DNA from: a virus
Taxonomy: Duplodnaviria > Caudoviricetes
Virus record (IMG/VR): IMGVR_UViG_3300020049_006862
Location: 32,001-96,000 of that record
DNA length: 64,000 bases
Direction: 5' to 3' (one strand)
In this document: positions 24,901 through 37,936 of the stretch, one piece after another
Layout: each line of letters opens with the position of its first letter
Numbering within the stretch: position 1 is the stretch's first letter
Program-made: the position numbers and the translations under genes
The notes under the pieces: generated by a model
Told to the model about the DNA's origin: nothing
Databases searched by the model: none
The model's input: only the letters and a program-made list of their open reading frames with translations

Positions 24901-27900
24901 AGGCGCTAGTTAAACTAATAAGAGCTTCAGTAATAGCAACTAATTGTTGAGCAGAGGGAATGATTTGAGCTTTTGCAATGTAAGCATCAATTACTTCAGT
25001 AAGAGCTGCAAAGCTTTCAGCTGTAATATTGGAAGCTCCAATCCTAGCAATATCATCAGCTGCTTGCAAAGTAACAAGATGATTAGCTACTTCTTTAAGA
25101 CGCTCTAATAGTTCTGGCGGAAAATTATCTGGATTTTGTTCTAAGTTGAAAATGAGTTTAGATAAACTTTTGTCTCTTTCGTACTCGAACAAGATGTTAC
25201 CATCGTTTGCAAAGTAATGTTCAGAACCGACAACAGATGCCCTTAGAATATAAGGTCCGTACTTCCTAGGATTGTTAAACACTTTAGCGGGTGGGGGGAA
25301 GTTGATCGGTTTTGCTTGAATAAGTTTAACAGTAGAATTCCTAGTATTAGCAACTAGAGTTGGAATATCGAATGCCCCCTTCTTAATAAGATGAATAAGT
25401 GTAAACAAATTCCCCATAAAAGAATACGGAAACTTGAGACGCAGTTCAGCTATAACACGTGATACCTCTTCGTTAGGACTGTTCTTAAGCATCTGGGTTA
25501 CTACACTCTCAAGCATCTGAGATTCCATAGTATGAGCTGTAATCTGAATAGCTCCTCTTTTGTTGAGGTTATTTTCAATATCAGCAAGGGCATTAGCCAT
25601 CCGTTCGCTATAATTCTCTACGAGATCGGAAATAATTTCTTTATCCCGATCATTCATGTCAGTCCTATTAGCTGTTACTCTTCCTACTCTATAAATACGA
25701 GCGGCAAGCATTTGAGCTTCTTCTTGGCGAATAGAAGTGTTAGGATCATGGTTTTCAAGAAACAACTGAACAGGAGCTAGATACTGTGTAGCAAAAAGTA
25801 GAGGAAGTTTGTCCGCATCAATAGCACCCGCAGCATCAGTAACAGTGGCATCATTCTTTACTCCTCGGCTAATAAGATCTTTAATAGTAGATTCTCTTTG
25901 AGACATCTCAAGAATCATTGCGTTAGTCTCATCAATAGCTTCTTGAATTCTATCTAAGTCAAAAACGACATTTTCTGGGTCAGCGGCGTCAAAGAAATTA
26001 TCTAGACCTAAACCTTCTGCCTCTTCAGCTAATCCGAACTCTGCAATATTTTCAACAGTAACTTGCGGATTAACAGTTAAGTTCGATCTGAATATGTTAA
26101 GGTCACTAATTTGACTTTTAAGTCGGTCAACTTCTTTTAAAGTATTCTTAGCTTCTTCAGCTAACCTTACTCTAATATTAGAATCAGCTTCAAAAGCTGG
26201 ATTTAAGTTTTGAAGCTCTTCATTAGATAGTTCCCCAAGCATAATATTACCATTAGTAGGATCTAGTGCTTGTTCTAACAAAGCGTTGTCTAATGCTGCT
26301 TGACCAACTATTCTACCAGTTTCTTTCAGAATGGATTTAGTAGATCTAACAACAGCAGATTCTCTCGCTTCATACGAAGGAAAGGAATTTGAGATAGCAC
26401 TTATACCTATTCCTAAGTCTGGAGGATAATTAATTTCAGACGTACCTTTAGTGGCGGCCTCTTCGAGTAAGAGATAATCTATATCTTTACGTCTAGACTC
26501 TTCCTCTATGGTTTTATCTGTTTTAGCATCTAACTTCAAACCTTCGTTTAGCAAAGAAAACGTAGGCATCATCTCTTTCTCAAAAGCTTTTTTGAAGGCC
26601 TCGTAATTCTTACCATCATCTATGCTACTTAAAAGTTCAGTAGCTTCTTGGCGAAGAAGATCAGCTTGCTCTCCTTGAACTCCTTCTAATGAAGCAAGTT
26701 TAGCTTTGGTATAGAATCTGTTTCTACGCAAGAAGGGAACAAATTTTTTAGACACTGCGTCATCGCTGATTTGATCTCTAGTCATACGAGAAGAGTCATC
26801 GTAGTAGTCTTCAATAAATTGATTTGCCAAATCCGGATTCTCTTTGATAAACCCTTCAATACCTAACTGCTTAGCAGTTTCGCCGTTAATAACCCCATCA
26901 TACTGTATCAAATCTTGAAGATCTTCTTTCGAAAGTCCTCTTGAGGCAAGTCTATGAATATGAGCCGCAAGCATCATTTTTTTGCTGAAGTCCGCGTGAA
27001 CAACGTCGCCTTTAGACATAGCAAGATAAAACTCGTTAACTAACTTATTATTAGTTAGTGTAGCAATAACTGCCTCATTTACTTTAGCTGGATCTCTTTC
27101 TAATTCGCCATTAGTATTTAAAAATTGAGGAGTTTTAGTACCGTCTGGTAAATCAGTAACACCAAAAGTTTTAAAGTCGTGGCCGAAGTCCTCAGTCATA
27201 AGATTCTTAGAAACTTCGTTCTGACCTTTAAGAGTATTCCACTGTTTTTCAAATTGATTGACATTAGTCTTGAGTTTCTCGTTATCCCAACGAGTTTTCA
27301 TCAGACCCATACCACCACCAATCATACCGCCAAGCATAATAGCAGAAGCCGCTTCATCTTCAGCGCTTCCAGCAGGTGCAGCATAGCCTCCTAAAGTGGT
27401 CATAGCTTTTACAAAGTTGGCTGCATTTTTTCCAGCCTGGACTAAAGGTCCACTTACTGAGCCGTATTCTTTAGCATTACCTGAAGCAACTCTTTTCTCC
27501 CAGCTTTGAACTGCGCTTTGAATATTTTCTTCCCAAAGACCTTCTGAAGCAATGCCCATCCCAAAATTCTTAAGATAGCTTTCTGCGTTTGCTTTGTAAA
27601 GTTCTGAAGCAGACTTACCTTCTCTACGTGTTTGATCCCTTAGGGTCTTAACTTGATCTTTAGAGGCCCCATGAAAAATCTTCGATTGAAGAAAGTTTGG
27701 AGCAGTAAGAGCAATTAAGTTCCAGTTGTAAACACGAGCTGCGCCTTCTCCAGCTTTCATCTTCAATTGTTCCTGAACCTCAGGCGGAGCAGAAGCAAAA
27801 GAATTAAATCCTGCTGTTTTAGCGTATTCTTCTTTTAAAGTGTCAAAAGCTTCTTTGCCTTCAGCGCCAGCTTCACTCATTGTGTTATAGACCGTAGTCA

Positions 27901-28528
27901 AAGCTGTCTGAGTATTTAGACCTGTAGCTGTATTTACTTTAGTAAGAACATCGGCTAACTTTTTACCTTGTCCCATACCGTTAAGTAACTTGGTAGCAGA
28001 CCCTACTTTAGCAGTCAATGTGGAAGGAACATAAGCAGAAGCTAAGAAAGCTAAGGCATCATACCCATCTCTAGCCCAAAACTCTGCAGTTCCTGCACGC
28101 TCTAAGAAGTTACCTTCAGCATATTGCCTAGAAATATGTACTGGAGCTGAATCTTTAATTCCTTGTTCTAAAGAATTAAAAGCATTCACTATCCCATTAT
28201 CTCAAATATCATTTACTTTTCCTGGACCCATTGCCCATAGAGCGCCGCCTACATAACCTAGACCGGCACCTACTTTTGGCAGTATAGAAAGGCCTGCAGA
28301 AAACAAGCCATTCACATGTTTCTTAAGAGCTGACTGTTGCTGTCCTCGATAGTACATTTGTTCTATCTCAGGACTTAACAATGAACCTTCGTAGACTGCG
28401 GAAGAGATTCCCTTATCATACTTTCCCAATTGTCTAAGCGGAGAGAATCCTGTGCGTTGGGCAGCTACATTAGTTGTGGGTCTAAGGCCAGATAAACCCT
28501 GGCCCGGACCTCCATTATTTTGTGTCAT
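9995..28528 (-). CDS. Giant virion RNA polymerase polyprotein (6177 aa): SF1 helicase-like domain, zincin protease-like domain, two-barrel RNAP, PD-(D/E)xK nuclease-like domain, C-terminal TM segment
   Basis: Four track ORFs join in frame via TGA at 28202, 21488, 21383, 21317 and 10871. Motifs GVLGSGKT/IVIDEA/GDPSQ/YTAIGRA (~24.0-24.9 kb), HELTH (~21050), GSDFDVD (~16280), AGTVDI..IEMKSG (~13050). Confidence 0.85.
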
Positions 28529-28537
28529 ATTTTTTTA

Positions 28538-30430
28538 TTAGTTTGGTGTATACGGCGTGTAGTCATCGTACTCATCCGCATTTACATCTATTACTTTCTT
28601 ACCTGGCTGAGAAGCTCTGATGACTTCCGCAGCTCTTTCTCTCATTAATGTGTTCAATTGAGTATTAGCATTTACTCCTTCATGCGCTTCCAGTAAAACA
28701 GATTCGCCGTAAGGTAGTGGCTCCCTCTTCTCTATTTTCAATCCTGGATTTCTCGGATCTTCATTCATTAAAGATCTAATGATAAAAGGCTTTCCTTGAG
28801 CATCATACATTAACACTTCAGCAGGTTCTCCTGTTGTTAATGGAGAATGCAGTGTTTGAATGTCTTTCATCTGATCAGTCATTCTATCAGAAGTACCGAC
28901 ACTGACGTATTTCTTACCCCCAACTTCAAAGCTGTATCCAAGTTGTGGTCCTTGAGCAACGAGTCTTGATGGTCTGATTTCAGTAGCCGATTCTTGTACT
29001 GCTTTTTTCACTTTTGAAGAGGCAGAACCAACTAGTTGTCCTTTATCATTTACTTCAAAAATCTGAGTACCGCCACCTGCAAGTATTTGTCTCCAGTTAC
29101 CATTATTAGATTCAATAAATTGAGTTGGAAGATTTATATCAGTAGTATTCTGAGTTTCCATTTTCGAGCTCAGCTGTGTCCATTTATCGTACAAAGCTTT
29201 CTTACGTTCGCTATCTGTCTTATACTTATCAGAATTTTTAACTTCTCGGTTAAGTTGATCGTAATAATTTTTAAGAGCTGGATTCGTTGGCGCGTTGTTA
29301 GCAGAGTATTGGTCAAAATTAGAATCTCGTGCGTTCTTAGCATTAGCTCCAGTACCAATCATAAGTGGGCCCAATAAACCTGTAATAGGTCCACTAGCAG
29401 TCGAAAGCATACCAGCTGCTGTCATTGCATTAGCTCCTTTAGCTTCTGGATCTGGAAGCTTATGTTGTCCAAAGATAGTATTTTTAGAAAGGCCGGGTGA
29501 AGTATCCGGAATGAAATTAGACAAAGCGTTATCTTCTTCCTTAGCTTTCTTTCTGTAAGATTCTCTAAGATGAAGTAAGTACTCTGAATCATTCTTCATA
29601 TCATACTTAGTGGATACACTCTTGCGAGCAAAAGCATTGCCTAAAGTATTCCCATATTCATCTGCTATCGATTTTAGATCGTTGTCAGTCAAGTCTATAC
29701 CAATATGTTTATATTTCTGAAACATCATGTTTTGCCATTTGTCATCTTGCATAAGTTTGTCAGACACTACGCTTTTGACCAATGAATGAGGAATTTCTTC
29801 TGTCTTACTTCCACGAGTAACAAAGTATCTGCCATTAGTAGTTGTGATTTCTCCTTCACCAACAAAGGGTTTCAATTCTTTAGCGATATCTTCACCTGAC
29901 TTATAGGCATCTACATATTGAGCTACATCTTCCGGTACAAAGTTGTTATAAGAACCAGTTAGAGGATCTTTTGTACCAACTCCCTGATAATTTCCTAAGG
30001 TATACCCAGCTCAGTTTTGAAGCTGTGCTTGCTGTATCTCACCTTTTCTTAATCGCTCACGTTCGCGCCCAAGAGAATCGTCCCAGACCTTCTTATGTAA
30101 AGAAATTTGATATCCTTCTCCTCCAGGAGATAGATCTCTTTTGATTGTTCTTTTTAGATTGTTTAACTCTGGTAATATTTGAGAGTAGTCGCCATCATAC
30201 TTTGCGACTAAATCGTCTACTTTTGTTCTTCATCCTCCTACTTTTTCATCTGCTAATTTTCTATCTGCCTGTAAGGAGTCAATAGAAGTATCGTATATCT
30301 CGTCTGATGTTTCTCTTGAAACATCGAATCTTTTTTGACGAGATTGTAAAGCCATCATCAGCGGTTGTAAAGGAGTCTCTTCAAACTTAAACTCTACTGG
30401 TGCTGATTTATAAAACCTATTCCAACTCAT
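28538..30430 (-). CDS. Virion cargo/ejection protein, 630 aa; TGA=Trp at 30230 and 30011
   Basis: Track ORFs 30230..30430 and 28538..29875 join in frame; position just upstream of the virion RNAP matches crAss-like gene order. Confidence 0.7.
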
Positions 30431-31016
30431 TTTCTACGTATCTAAATTTATAACCAGCGCAACTACGTGAATTATGACAAAGATGATTCCCCATTGCCCC
30501 TACGCTAACTCCAAACTCTTTGGCTACATGCATAGCAGGTACTTCTCAAATTTTTATCAAATTATTATCCATATCAAATTGAGCTAGAGGTCTGTAAAGT
30601 GGATGATTCTTTCCTCTATTTCTGTAATTAGGTTTTCTAAGCTTTTGTTTATATTCTTCAGTCTTTCGTATTCCTTTGGTAGCCGACGTTATAGCTTCCC
30701 CGCGCGGAGTTCAAATAACTTTGTCTCTAAGATTATATCCATTTGTAATCATGTCGTGCACATCTAAATAATCTTGCTCGTATTCAAGAGCTTCTCCTGA
30801 AGATGAACACTCTTTTATAGTAATAAATTCAAAAGCTTCCGGATCTTTATTATAAGCATTTTGTAGATAATTATTACAATGACGATTTCTACTTAAACGA
30901 TTAAAATGCTCCAAATATCTTCTAAATAAATTTGAAGTTGAGCCCACATACTCCTTTCCATTAGTATTATTCCTTAATACATATACTCCAGGAACTCTAT
31001 TAATATTACTGACCAT
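30417..31016 (-). CDS. Free-standing GIY-YIG homing endonuclease with NUMOD1-like C-terminus, 199 aa; TGA=Trp at 30711 and 30546
   Basis: PGVYVLRN...EYVGST..LFRR..EH...GYN; after read-through QFDMDNNLIKI-W-E...AKEFG...CAGYKFRY. Confidence 0.85.
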
Positions 31017-32727
31017 TTCTCATGTATTTTGCTATATCTGGAAAGGCAGAAAGAATTAACTCTACGGCTTTCTTATTCTCATTTTGTGCTACTTTACCTC
31101 TTCCAACATTACCAAAACTAGTCAAAATATCCTGTATAGAATTATGATATGAGGCTTCATCCTGTTGACGAATCTGATCTGTTCCAAGCCTAGTAGCAAT
31201 GTTCTGTTGAGACCTTTGTCCTAACCTTTGCTCATAATTTACTTGAGCCTGTTGGTTCATATTAGCATACTGCGATAAGATATTAGAATTATTCTGATAG
31301 TTATTAGCAGCAGCTCCTTGCATATTGCCTAAGTAAGAACCTAAACCGGAAGCAGCTCCTTGAATGTCTGATCGAGCTTTGTTATATCCTAAAGCAGATT
31401 GTTGTAACTGATTAGAAGGATCATATCCTCTAAGAGTTACTGGTGCTGAGTTCTGATAAAGTTCTTGTTTGTCATACCCTCTCGCTAACAAACCAATTTT
31501 AGCAGCTAGCTCTCCATACTGGAGAAGTTCAGCTGCACCTACTTTTTGACCTAGTTGATTAGCACCAGGAGCATTAGGTTTCATTGCGGCATCAAGCGCA
31601 GGCACTTGTCCTCTAATGTTTTGAGGAGTTGTGCTTGTAACTGGTGGAATACCGGATCTACCTAAAGATCTAGGGTCCATACCTTGTGCTCTACGCTCAG
31701 CTCCACTAGGAATTGGTAAAGGCTCTGGATTAGCGTTAGTGTTTGTGTTCAACCATTCTCCCGGAACATACTTACCGTCACTAGAAGTTCCCATAAATTG
31801 TTCAGTAGCGTAATCGTTTCCGTATTTCTCCCAAGCCTTATGAGTTTCAGGACCATAGACATTATCCCACTGCTTACCCTTGAATCCAGCAAACTTCTGA
31901 AAATTTGCAACATTGAATCCATCCCAAGGGGCAGAGTATCCTTTGGCGTATGTACCGGAAGCTGGCGGTCTAGGATTGCTAGGGTTACTAAGATTTAGTA
32001 GAGAGCTATTCATTGCGCTTGCTGAGTTAGGTGCAGTCAATGCGTAATGAGCATTAGGTTCGTAAGGACCAGCTTGAGCTGAGGTAAGTCTATTTAATGG
32101 AAGCATAAGAGGATCTAAAGGTGGATCACCATAAACACCGCCGTAAGCCATTTTGTTCTTAGCTGCTTTCATTACACCTTTACCGTAGCTTTCAGCAAGC
32201 TTCATTAATTCGTTTAAGTTCATGAGTTGTTCTCTATTTTTCTGATTCCACTCAAGAGCTTTCGCAGCAGCAGGATCATTATATTTCTTTTGAGCATTAG
32301 CATCAGCTTTAGCAAGCTTCTTATCTTCATCCGCAAAAGTCTTACCTGTAATAGGATGCTTAAGCGTATCAGAAAATACATACTGCTGCCCGCCCACACC
32401 AGATATAGTTTCACCGTGATTGACGTAGGCTTGAGGAAGCTCAACTGAATCTGTAGCTCCTGGATTGGTAGCTTGTACCTGTTGAGTATTAGGTCCCAGC
32501 TGTTGAAGCTGGCCGCCCATAGCATAGCCATACTTAGAAGTATTAGGTCCTATAGGCTGGTAAGTAGCTGGGCTATTAATTTGATTACTAAGTAATCCTA
32601 ATCCCGCACTAGCTCCCATAGAAGCTAGAGGGCCAGCTCCAGGAATAAGTGAAAGAAGCGGAGTAAGCGCCTGCATAGTACTAAGGATACCACCTTCTTC
32701 ACATTTTTGTTTGTTTCTTTTTTTCAT
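31006..32727 (-). CDS. Virion cargo/ejection protein, 573 aa
   Basis: Gly/Ala/Gln/Asn-rich; VNHGETI..YVFSDTL..KTFAD motif; YAMGG/AYGG repeats; located between the muzzle and RNAP genes. Confidence 0.7.
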   Translation of the reverse strand: MKKRNKQKCEEGGILSTMQALTPLLSLIPGAGPLASMGASAGLGLLSNQINSPATYQPIGPNTSKYGYAMGGQLQQLGPNTQQVQATNPGATDSVELPQAYVNHGETISGVGGQQYVFSDTLKHPITGKTFADEDKKLAKADANAQKKYNDPAAAKALEWNQKNREQLMNLNELMKLAESYGKGVMKAAKNKMAYGGVYGDPPLDPLMLPLNRLTSAQAGPYEPNAHYALTAPNSASAMNSSLLNLSNPSNPRPPASGTYAKGYSAPWDGFNVANFQKFAGFKGKQWDNVYGPETHKAWEKYGNDYATEQFMGTSSDGKYVPGEWLNTNTNANPEPLPIPSGAERRAQGMDPRSLGRSGIPPVTSTTPQNIRGQVPALDAAMKPNAPGANQLGQKVGAAELLQYGELAAKIGLLARGYDKQELYQNSAPVTLRGYDPSNQLQQSALGYNKARSDIQGAASGLGSYLGNMQGAAANNYQNNSNILSQYANMNQQAQVNYEQRLGQRSQQNIATRLGTDQIRQQDEASYHNSIQDILTSFGNVGRGKVAQNENKKAVELILSAFPDIAKYMRNGQ

Positions 32728-35700
32728 TATCTATCGGTATATGAGAAGGAGATGCCCATGATCTCCGTATTAAGTTTATAGTTCTCAGGCTGCTCAAAGT
32801 AAAGCCTACAAATTAAGAAGTAATCTTTAAGTCTAGCGATTTCAAACTGACTAGTAGTAAGATCAGTATTAACTGGTATCTTATCTATAAAGTAATCCTG
32901 AGATATATCTGCCCAAGCAGAAGAATTAAGTGGGCCTGTATTATTGTGGTAATCTCTAAACATCGAAATGTTCCAATGATTAACCACTTTACGGGCAACA
33001 GCTTCTCCAGGTATTGCTGTAACAAACGAAAAAGGATTTGAATTAGTCTTTGTTGTTACGTCAATAAACCCCGTAGACTGGTACGTATTGTATGCCCACA
33101 ATTTATTTCAAGTTCTATCTACTATCTTACCGTTAAGGTATACTTGAGTGGGTATATCCAAAGCTGCATACTTCTTAAGTGTTCCTGGATCTTTAGCCGA
33201 AACGAATTCAACTACGTGAGGGTACTTAGTTAAGTAGTAAGTTTGATATGGTCCAAAGTTGTGAGTATAGATGCTATCCTTTGCTGAATAAAAGTTTATG
33301 TGCGAATTAAACAGATAGAATGGCAGGTAAGAGTGAAACGACGTTCATTTACCAAGGACAAAACTATATGAAATAGTGAAGCTTTTATTCTCAAAATAAT
33401 TAGTATCAGTGAAGGGTCTATATGTCTTTCCCCCTGAAGCGTTAGTAGTATAGAATCTTTCTCCATCCCATTGTACTCCATTGATTGGTAAATAATCTTT
33501 CTTGTGAAGTACATATTTTCGCAGCTGAGGGTCATAGCAAGCTGTGAATCCTATACCATTAATATCAGATGTACTCTTAATAGGATATTCAGTCTGGTAA
33601 TTAAGTAACATATACTTCTCCATCTGAAGAGGAAGATTCTCTTTGAAGAACTGTCTCATCCCTTTGTTGGATATTTCTTCTAACTTGTCAGAAAGATGAA
33701 AGATCTTTCCAGAGTCAGCAGAAGTATAGACTGTGCCGAATTCTGTTGAGATAAGAGAGAATCTTTCCTTGCCGCCGCCATAATAATAATCAGGTGTAGC
33801 AATTCTTCGTGGAGGAATTGAGAATACCTCGGCTGCCCCAACATATACTGATGCTTCAGAAGAGTTAAGTACTTGTGGATTAGTAGGCACTAAGTACACT
33901 GCACCAGAAGTCTTAGCATAGAGATTATCCTTGTCAGTGAACAACTCATTAATAGGACCATCAAACGCCGTGAGGTCTACAAAGTTATTTGTCTTTATTC
34001 TTTTGTACGAATCAAGAGAAGAGTCTTGAAAAGCTTTCTCTGATACGTAGATCCTGAAAGGATAAGAGTTGATACATGATCGACAATAGTCGTACGCAAG
34101 GGGTATCGTAAATCCGGTTTTCTCTATCGCAATCTTAGATAAATCATCATTATAAAGATAAGCTTCTAAGCAAATAGGGTTTTTAACTGTTCAAACATCT
34201 GAGCTAACTTGATCTGCACTTTTGTCTCGAAGGTATTCGATCAAGGTGCCCGTATGTGTATCATTGGTCGGAGAATAGGCAAGATCACAATCATTGCCTG
34301 GATATCTAAGTTCATAGTTTATTTGTGATTCTACATAAATATTATCGTACATAGATCCGTACAATATTCTATTATTACCTTGTTCATCTATATCTGCAAG
34401 ATCTACTACTCTAAAGTTAGATATGAAAATATCACCACCATAGTATTCTTGTGAATCCGTTAGAGTTCTAAAGTTAGATTCTATCGGAACATAATTAAGA
34501 AGAGTAAACATAGGGTAATCAAAAAGTAGTCTCTTATTTACTGCAAGATAGTGTCGAGCATCAAAATCATAATCATTTAGGGAATGAACAAATGCGTAAG
34601 CGTTTACTTTATTAAAGTAGGATTCATTGGTAAGCTTGTATATGAAGTCTCCAGTAGGAGCCTGCTGACTTCTTGCAGATACAAAGATACTCTCTGTATA
34701 GGGCATATACAAGTCTTGAGGCAAAGTAAAGTTAATATTAAAGTCCATAACCTTTGCTCTATACCTAAGTTCTCCTCCACCATCCCTGTCATACTCACCT
34801 TGTTTTAAACTTGAAGGTACATTTTCGTATCTAGCAACCATCTCAAAATAAGAACCGTTCAGGTATCTAGATGCTAGTGTTTTAGGAGACAAGAAGTTAC
34901 CGTATTCGATAGGAATATCACCTTCATCTAGAGTTTTGAAAATCAGATTATTCGTATTTCCTCCTGAACCAGCAGTAAAGTATCCAGAGATAACACCCAT
35001 ATCTAAAGTAGAAGAGTTAGCTTCGGTTCTTCTTGCTACATAAAACCTATGCCCAACGACATCAGTAGAGGGGTAGGTTATGTTCGCAAACTCTAAACCA
35101 ATGAGAGTAATCTCTCCGTCTCTGTAAAGTTCTACTAACCTTCTTGAAGGAGTTTTATGATATCTAACTTTACCAGTAGGGAATATCCTGACATTATCAC
35201 AATCCAAAGTAGAAGGATAATCTTGGCGAGATTCAAAATAGCCTAACTTACCTGTAGCATATGCGCTGTTATATATCTGCCAGTATTCATACGAAGTAGC
35301 AGAAGGGAGATGCTGCATATCTAGGTTGAGAGGATCATACGTAAGTACTACCCTGTCAATCAAGTCCGCCTCTCTTCCTGGAACATGAAACAGTGGGCTA
35401 AATGTTCCGTTAGCAAATATATACTGTATCGCTACTGCGTACACTTCGTCAGAAGCAAAGCTTTGTTTGTAAAAAGTAGTTAATGGGTTCTTTGAATTCC
35501 CTAAAGTAGTAGTGCTTTCGACTATTACATCAGAAGTAACAAACTCACTAGTGATATTGTTCGCTGATCTTTGAAATTCAGCATAGTCGTAGAAGTCCGA
35601 TTCAAGGTTTGCGACGTAAAGTCTACCGCCTGATTGCTCATGCGCAACTACTCTTTCGAGTACTGGAGAATCAATAACTACATCTTGAACATCTATCTGA

Positions 35701-36596
35701 ATAGGTTCAAAACTATTGATACCTGTAAACAAGTACGGAACTTCAGTGCCAGTAATAGCTAAAGGAGCAAGAGTATATGATTCAGAAATTTGTCCACTAG
35801 TATTAGCGCTGATTAAAACAGCAAGCTGGACATACGAGAAGGCTTGATCTAAATTCTCTAAGCTAAGATTAATAGACTTAGAAGTAAGAGGTCTTGCGCC
35901 AGATTCGTCAGCAGAAGCTATAATGTTTATAGCTCCGTCAATTCCGTCATAGAAAGAACCTAAGGCCTCATCATAGATGAGTACTGGCCGAGTTACATGG
36001 AAGAAGTTAGTAGGATTCAAATCTGAATCTAAATACCTAGCTGAGAATTGGTAAGCTCCGATCTTGAGTAAACCGCCCCCATCTGATACATTAGATATTT
36101 CGATCTTGGGCACGGATGAGGATATAGAATAATCGAATCTACGGCAGTCCCAATCTCCTGTGTCGAGTCGGTAACTCGTAAGGGAATCGATATTAATCCT
36201 CCTGTAGTTATTGTATGCATCAGTAAAGTATATTACACGTTCACATCCCTTAATAATTTTAAACAAACCTTTTACTTGGTGTGCCGTGTTAAAATTAAGA
36301 CATGGAGTATTTATAAGTGTAGAGTAGGAGCATGAATGGGGATCGAATATTCCTATCTCTGAATCTGTGTTGTCTGTAGAAAAGATGATGAATTTTCCGT
36401 CTTCAATTAAAATGTGACCTATAATAGTATACGGAATATTTGCACATAACGTATTCCCTAATTCATTAGAAACAGATACTTCCGCTGGAGAGGTATCCTC
36501 TACCACTGCGTTCAGGGCAAACCTGTACGTACCTTTCTCCTGAAATTTAGGATCAACGTCCTGATTCATCCCAGCATAAATATTAATAGCGTCCAT
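32727..36596 (-). CDS. Tail stabilisation/muzzle protein (P22 gp10-like), 1289 aa; TGA=Trp at 34191, 33345, 33108
   Basis: Three ORFs join in frame; GMNQD..Y..ALN..NELGN N-terminus, DEVYA and K-W-TSFHSYLP motifs typical of crAss muzzle proteins. Confidence 0.85.
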
Positions 36597-37479
36597 TTGA
36601 CATTTGATAAGGATTTATTTTAGGAGTTCCTAAATTTTGAAAGAAAGAACCTTTTTGATACGATCTAGGTACTAAAGCATTTCAAGTATTCTTGATATTC
36701 TCCATCTCATCTAGAGAAGGCATATTCAAATCTCCGATAGCCTTCATCTTCTGAAGATTATATTCTGACTTATGAAAGCGTACTAGAGCCTCAGACCCAG
36801 CTTCTTTCATAGATAGTCTCTTAAGCCAGTGCCGATATAAGACATAGTGCACGATGGCTTCTTTTAAATCCTCATTATCAGGAATAAGAAAATCGCCATT
36901 AGCATCTGATACCCTTCTTCTGTATGCAATTATAATAATGCCATCACGCAAAGTAGTAGTTAAACAGTTTCCTCTTTCTAAAGTATATTCGTGAGAGATG
37001 CAATTTGGTTGTGGATCATTAGTAAAGTAAGCTTCACCATAAACTGATATATCACAACCAATGCTTTTAAGATAATCATTGTTTGACAAACGCATAGGGG
37101 TTCAGCTAGACCTATTTAAATAGGTAGAGAACAAAGCTTTTTTAGCTAAGCTCTCTGGGAATTCCATATGACTGACAGCTGGGTTCCATGATTCATCCTC
37201 TAAACCTAAAGTTCTAATCATGTCTGTCAAGTCAGTTTCAGTTATTGCTTGTTTATAGGCTACGTGCAATAACATTTCTGTATCTGAAGGAAGCTGAGCT
37301 TTATGATTCTCTACCTCAACAACTTTGATACATGTTTCGTAGCGGTCGTAAACTCTAAACTTGAGAAAAGCTTTAGCAGCCCACTCATAGAATATAGTCT
37401 CGTTCCAGTGTTTTTCTTCGACCATCGTACTTAGATCGTACAGTACAGATCTAAGTGAGATCAATTTTCCTTGAGCCAT
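36583..37479 (-). CDS. Tail ring/tubular protein, 298 aa; TGA=Trp at 37102 and 36682
   Basis: Two ORFs join in frame; VENHKAQLP, LIPD, ENIKNT-W-NALVP motifs. Confidence 0.75.
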
Positions 37480-37936
37480 GATCAACTAATTTATTTATAT
37501 GATGTTCGTTATGTATCAATTTCCCCAGCTTTCTAGTAGCTCATCTTGCAGGAGTTAATTCGTAACAAACTGGTTCTCCAAATTCAGATATACGCACAGG
37601 TATTCATCTTCACTTGGCGACTCATTCTCTTTTTTTCATGGGATTCATTGGTGCCCATTCACCATCATCCTTTACTTGGTGATCTTTTCATTCTTTGATG
37701 TAGAATTGTTCACCTATTCAGGGTCGCATTTTTGTTATGATGTTCCTACCTAAAAAAGGAATTTCAACCATTCTACCTTCGAACAGGTTCTCACAAACCT
37801 CATTTCCAAACGCCTCAAGAACTTCTTTGTACAACTCTTTAGACACTTCTTCTTTATTCTCGTACACACTGTACGAATCAATAGCTGTTAAAGTATCTTT
37901 CGTTTGAATGTTATTCAATGTCTTGAACCACTTCAT
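37451..37936 (-). CDS. HU/IHF-like protein, 161 aa; six TGA=Trp codons
   Basis: YKEVLEAF...LFEGRMVEIPFLG is HU/IHF-like. The frame continues through TGA at 37718, 37688, 37622, 37610, 37604, 37541 to TAG 37451, filling an otherwise empty gap. Confidence 0.7.

Noticed and set aside
30417-31016. Intron or intein surrounding the GIY-YIG gene
   Set aside because: The flanking genes have their own start and stop codons overlapping it, and no group I core or intein motifs are present.
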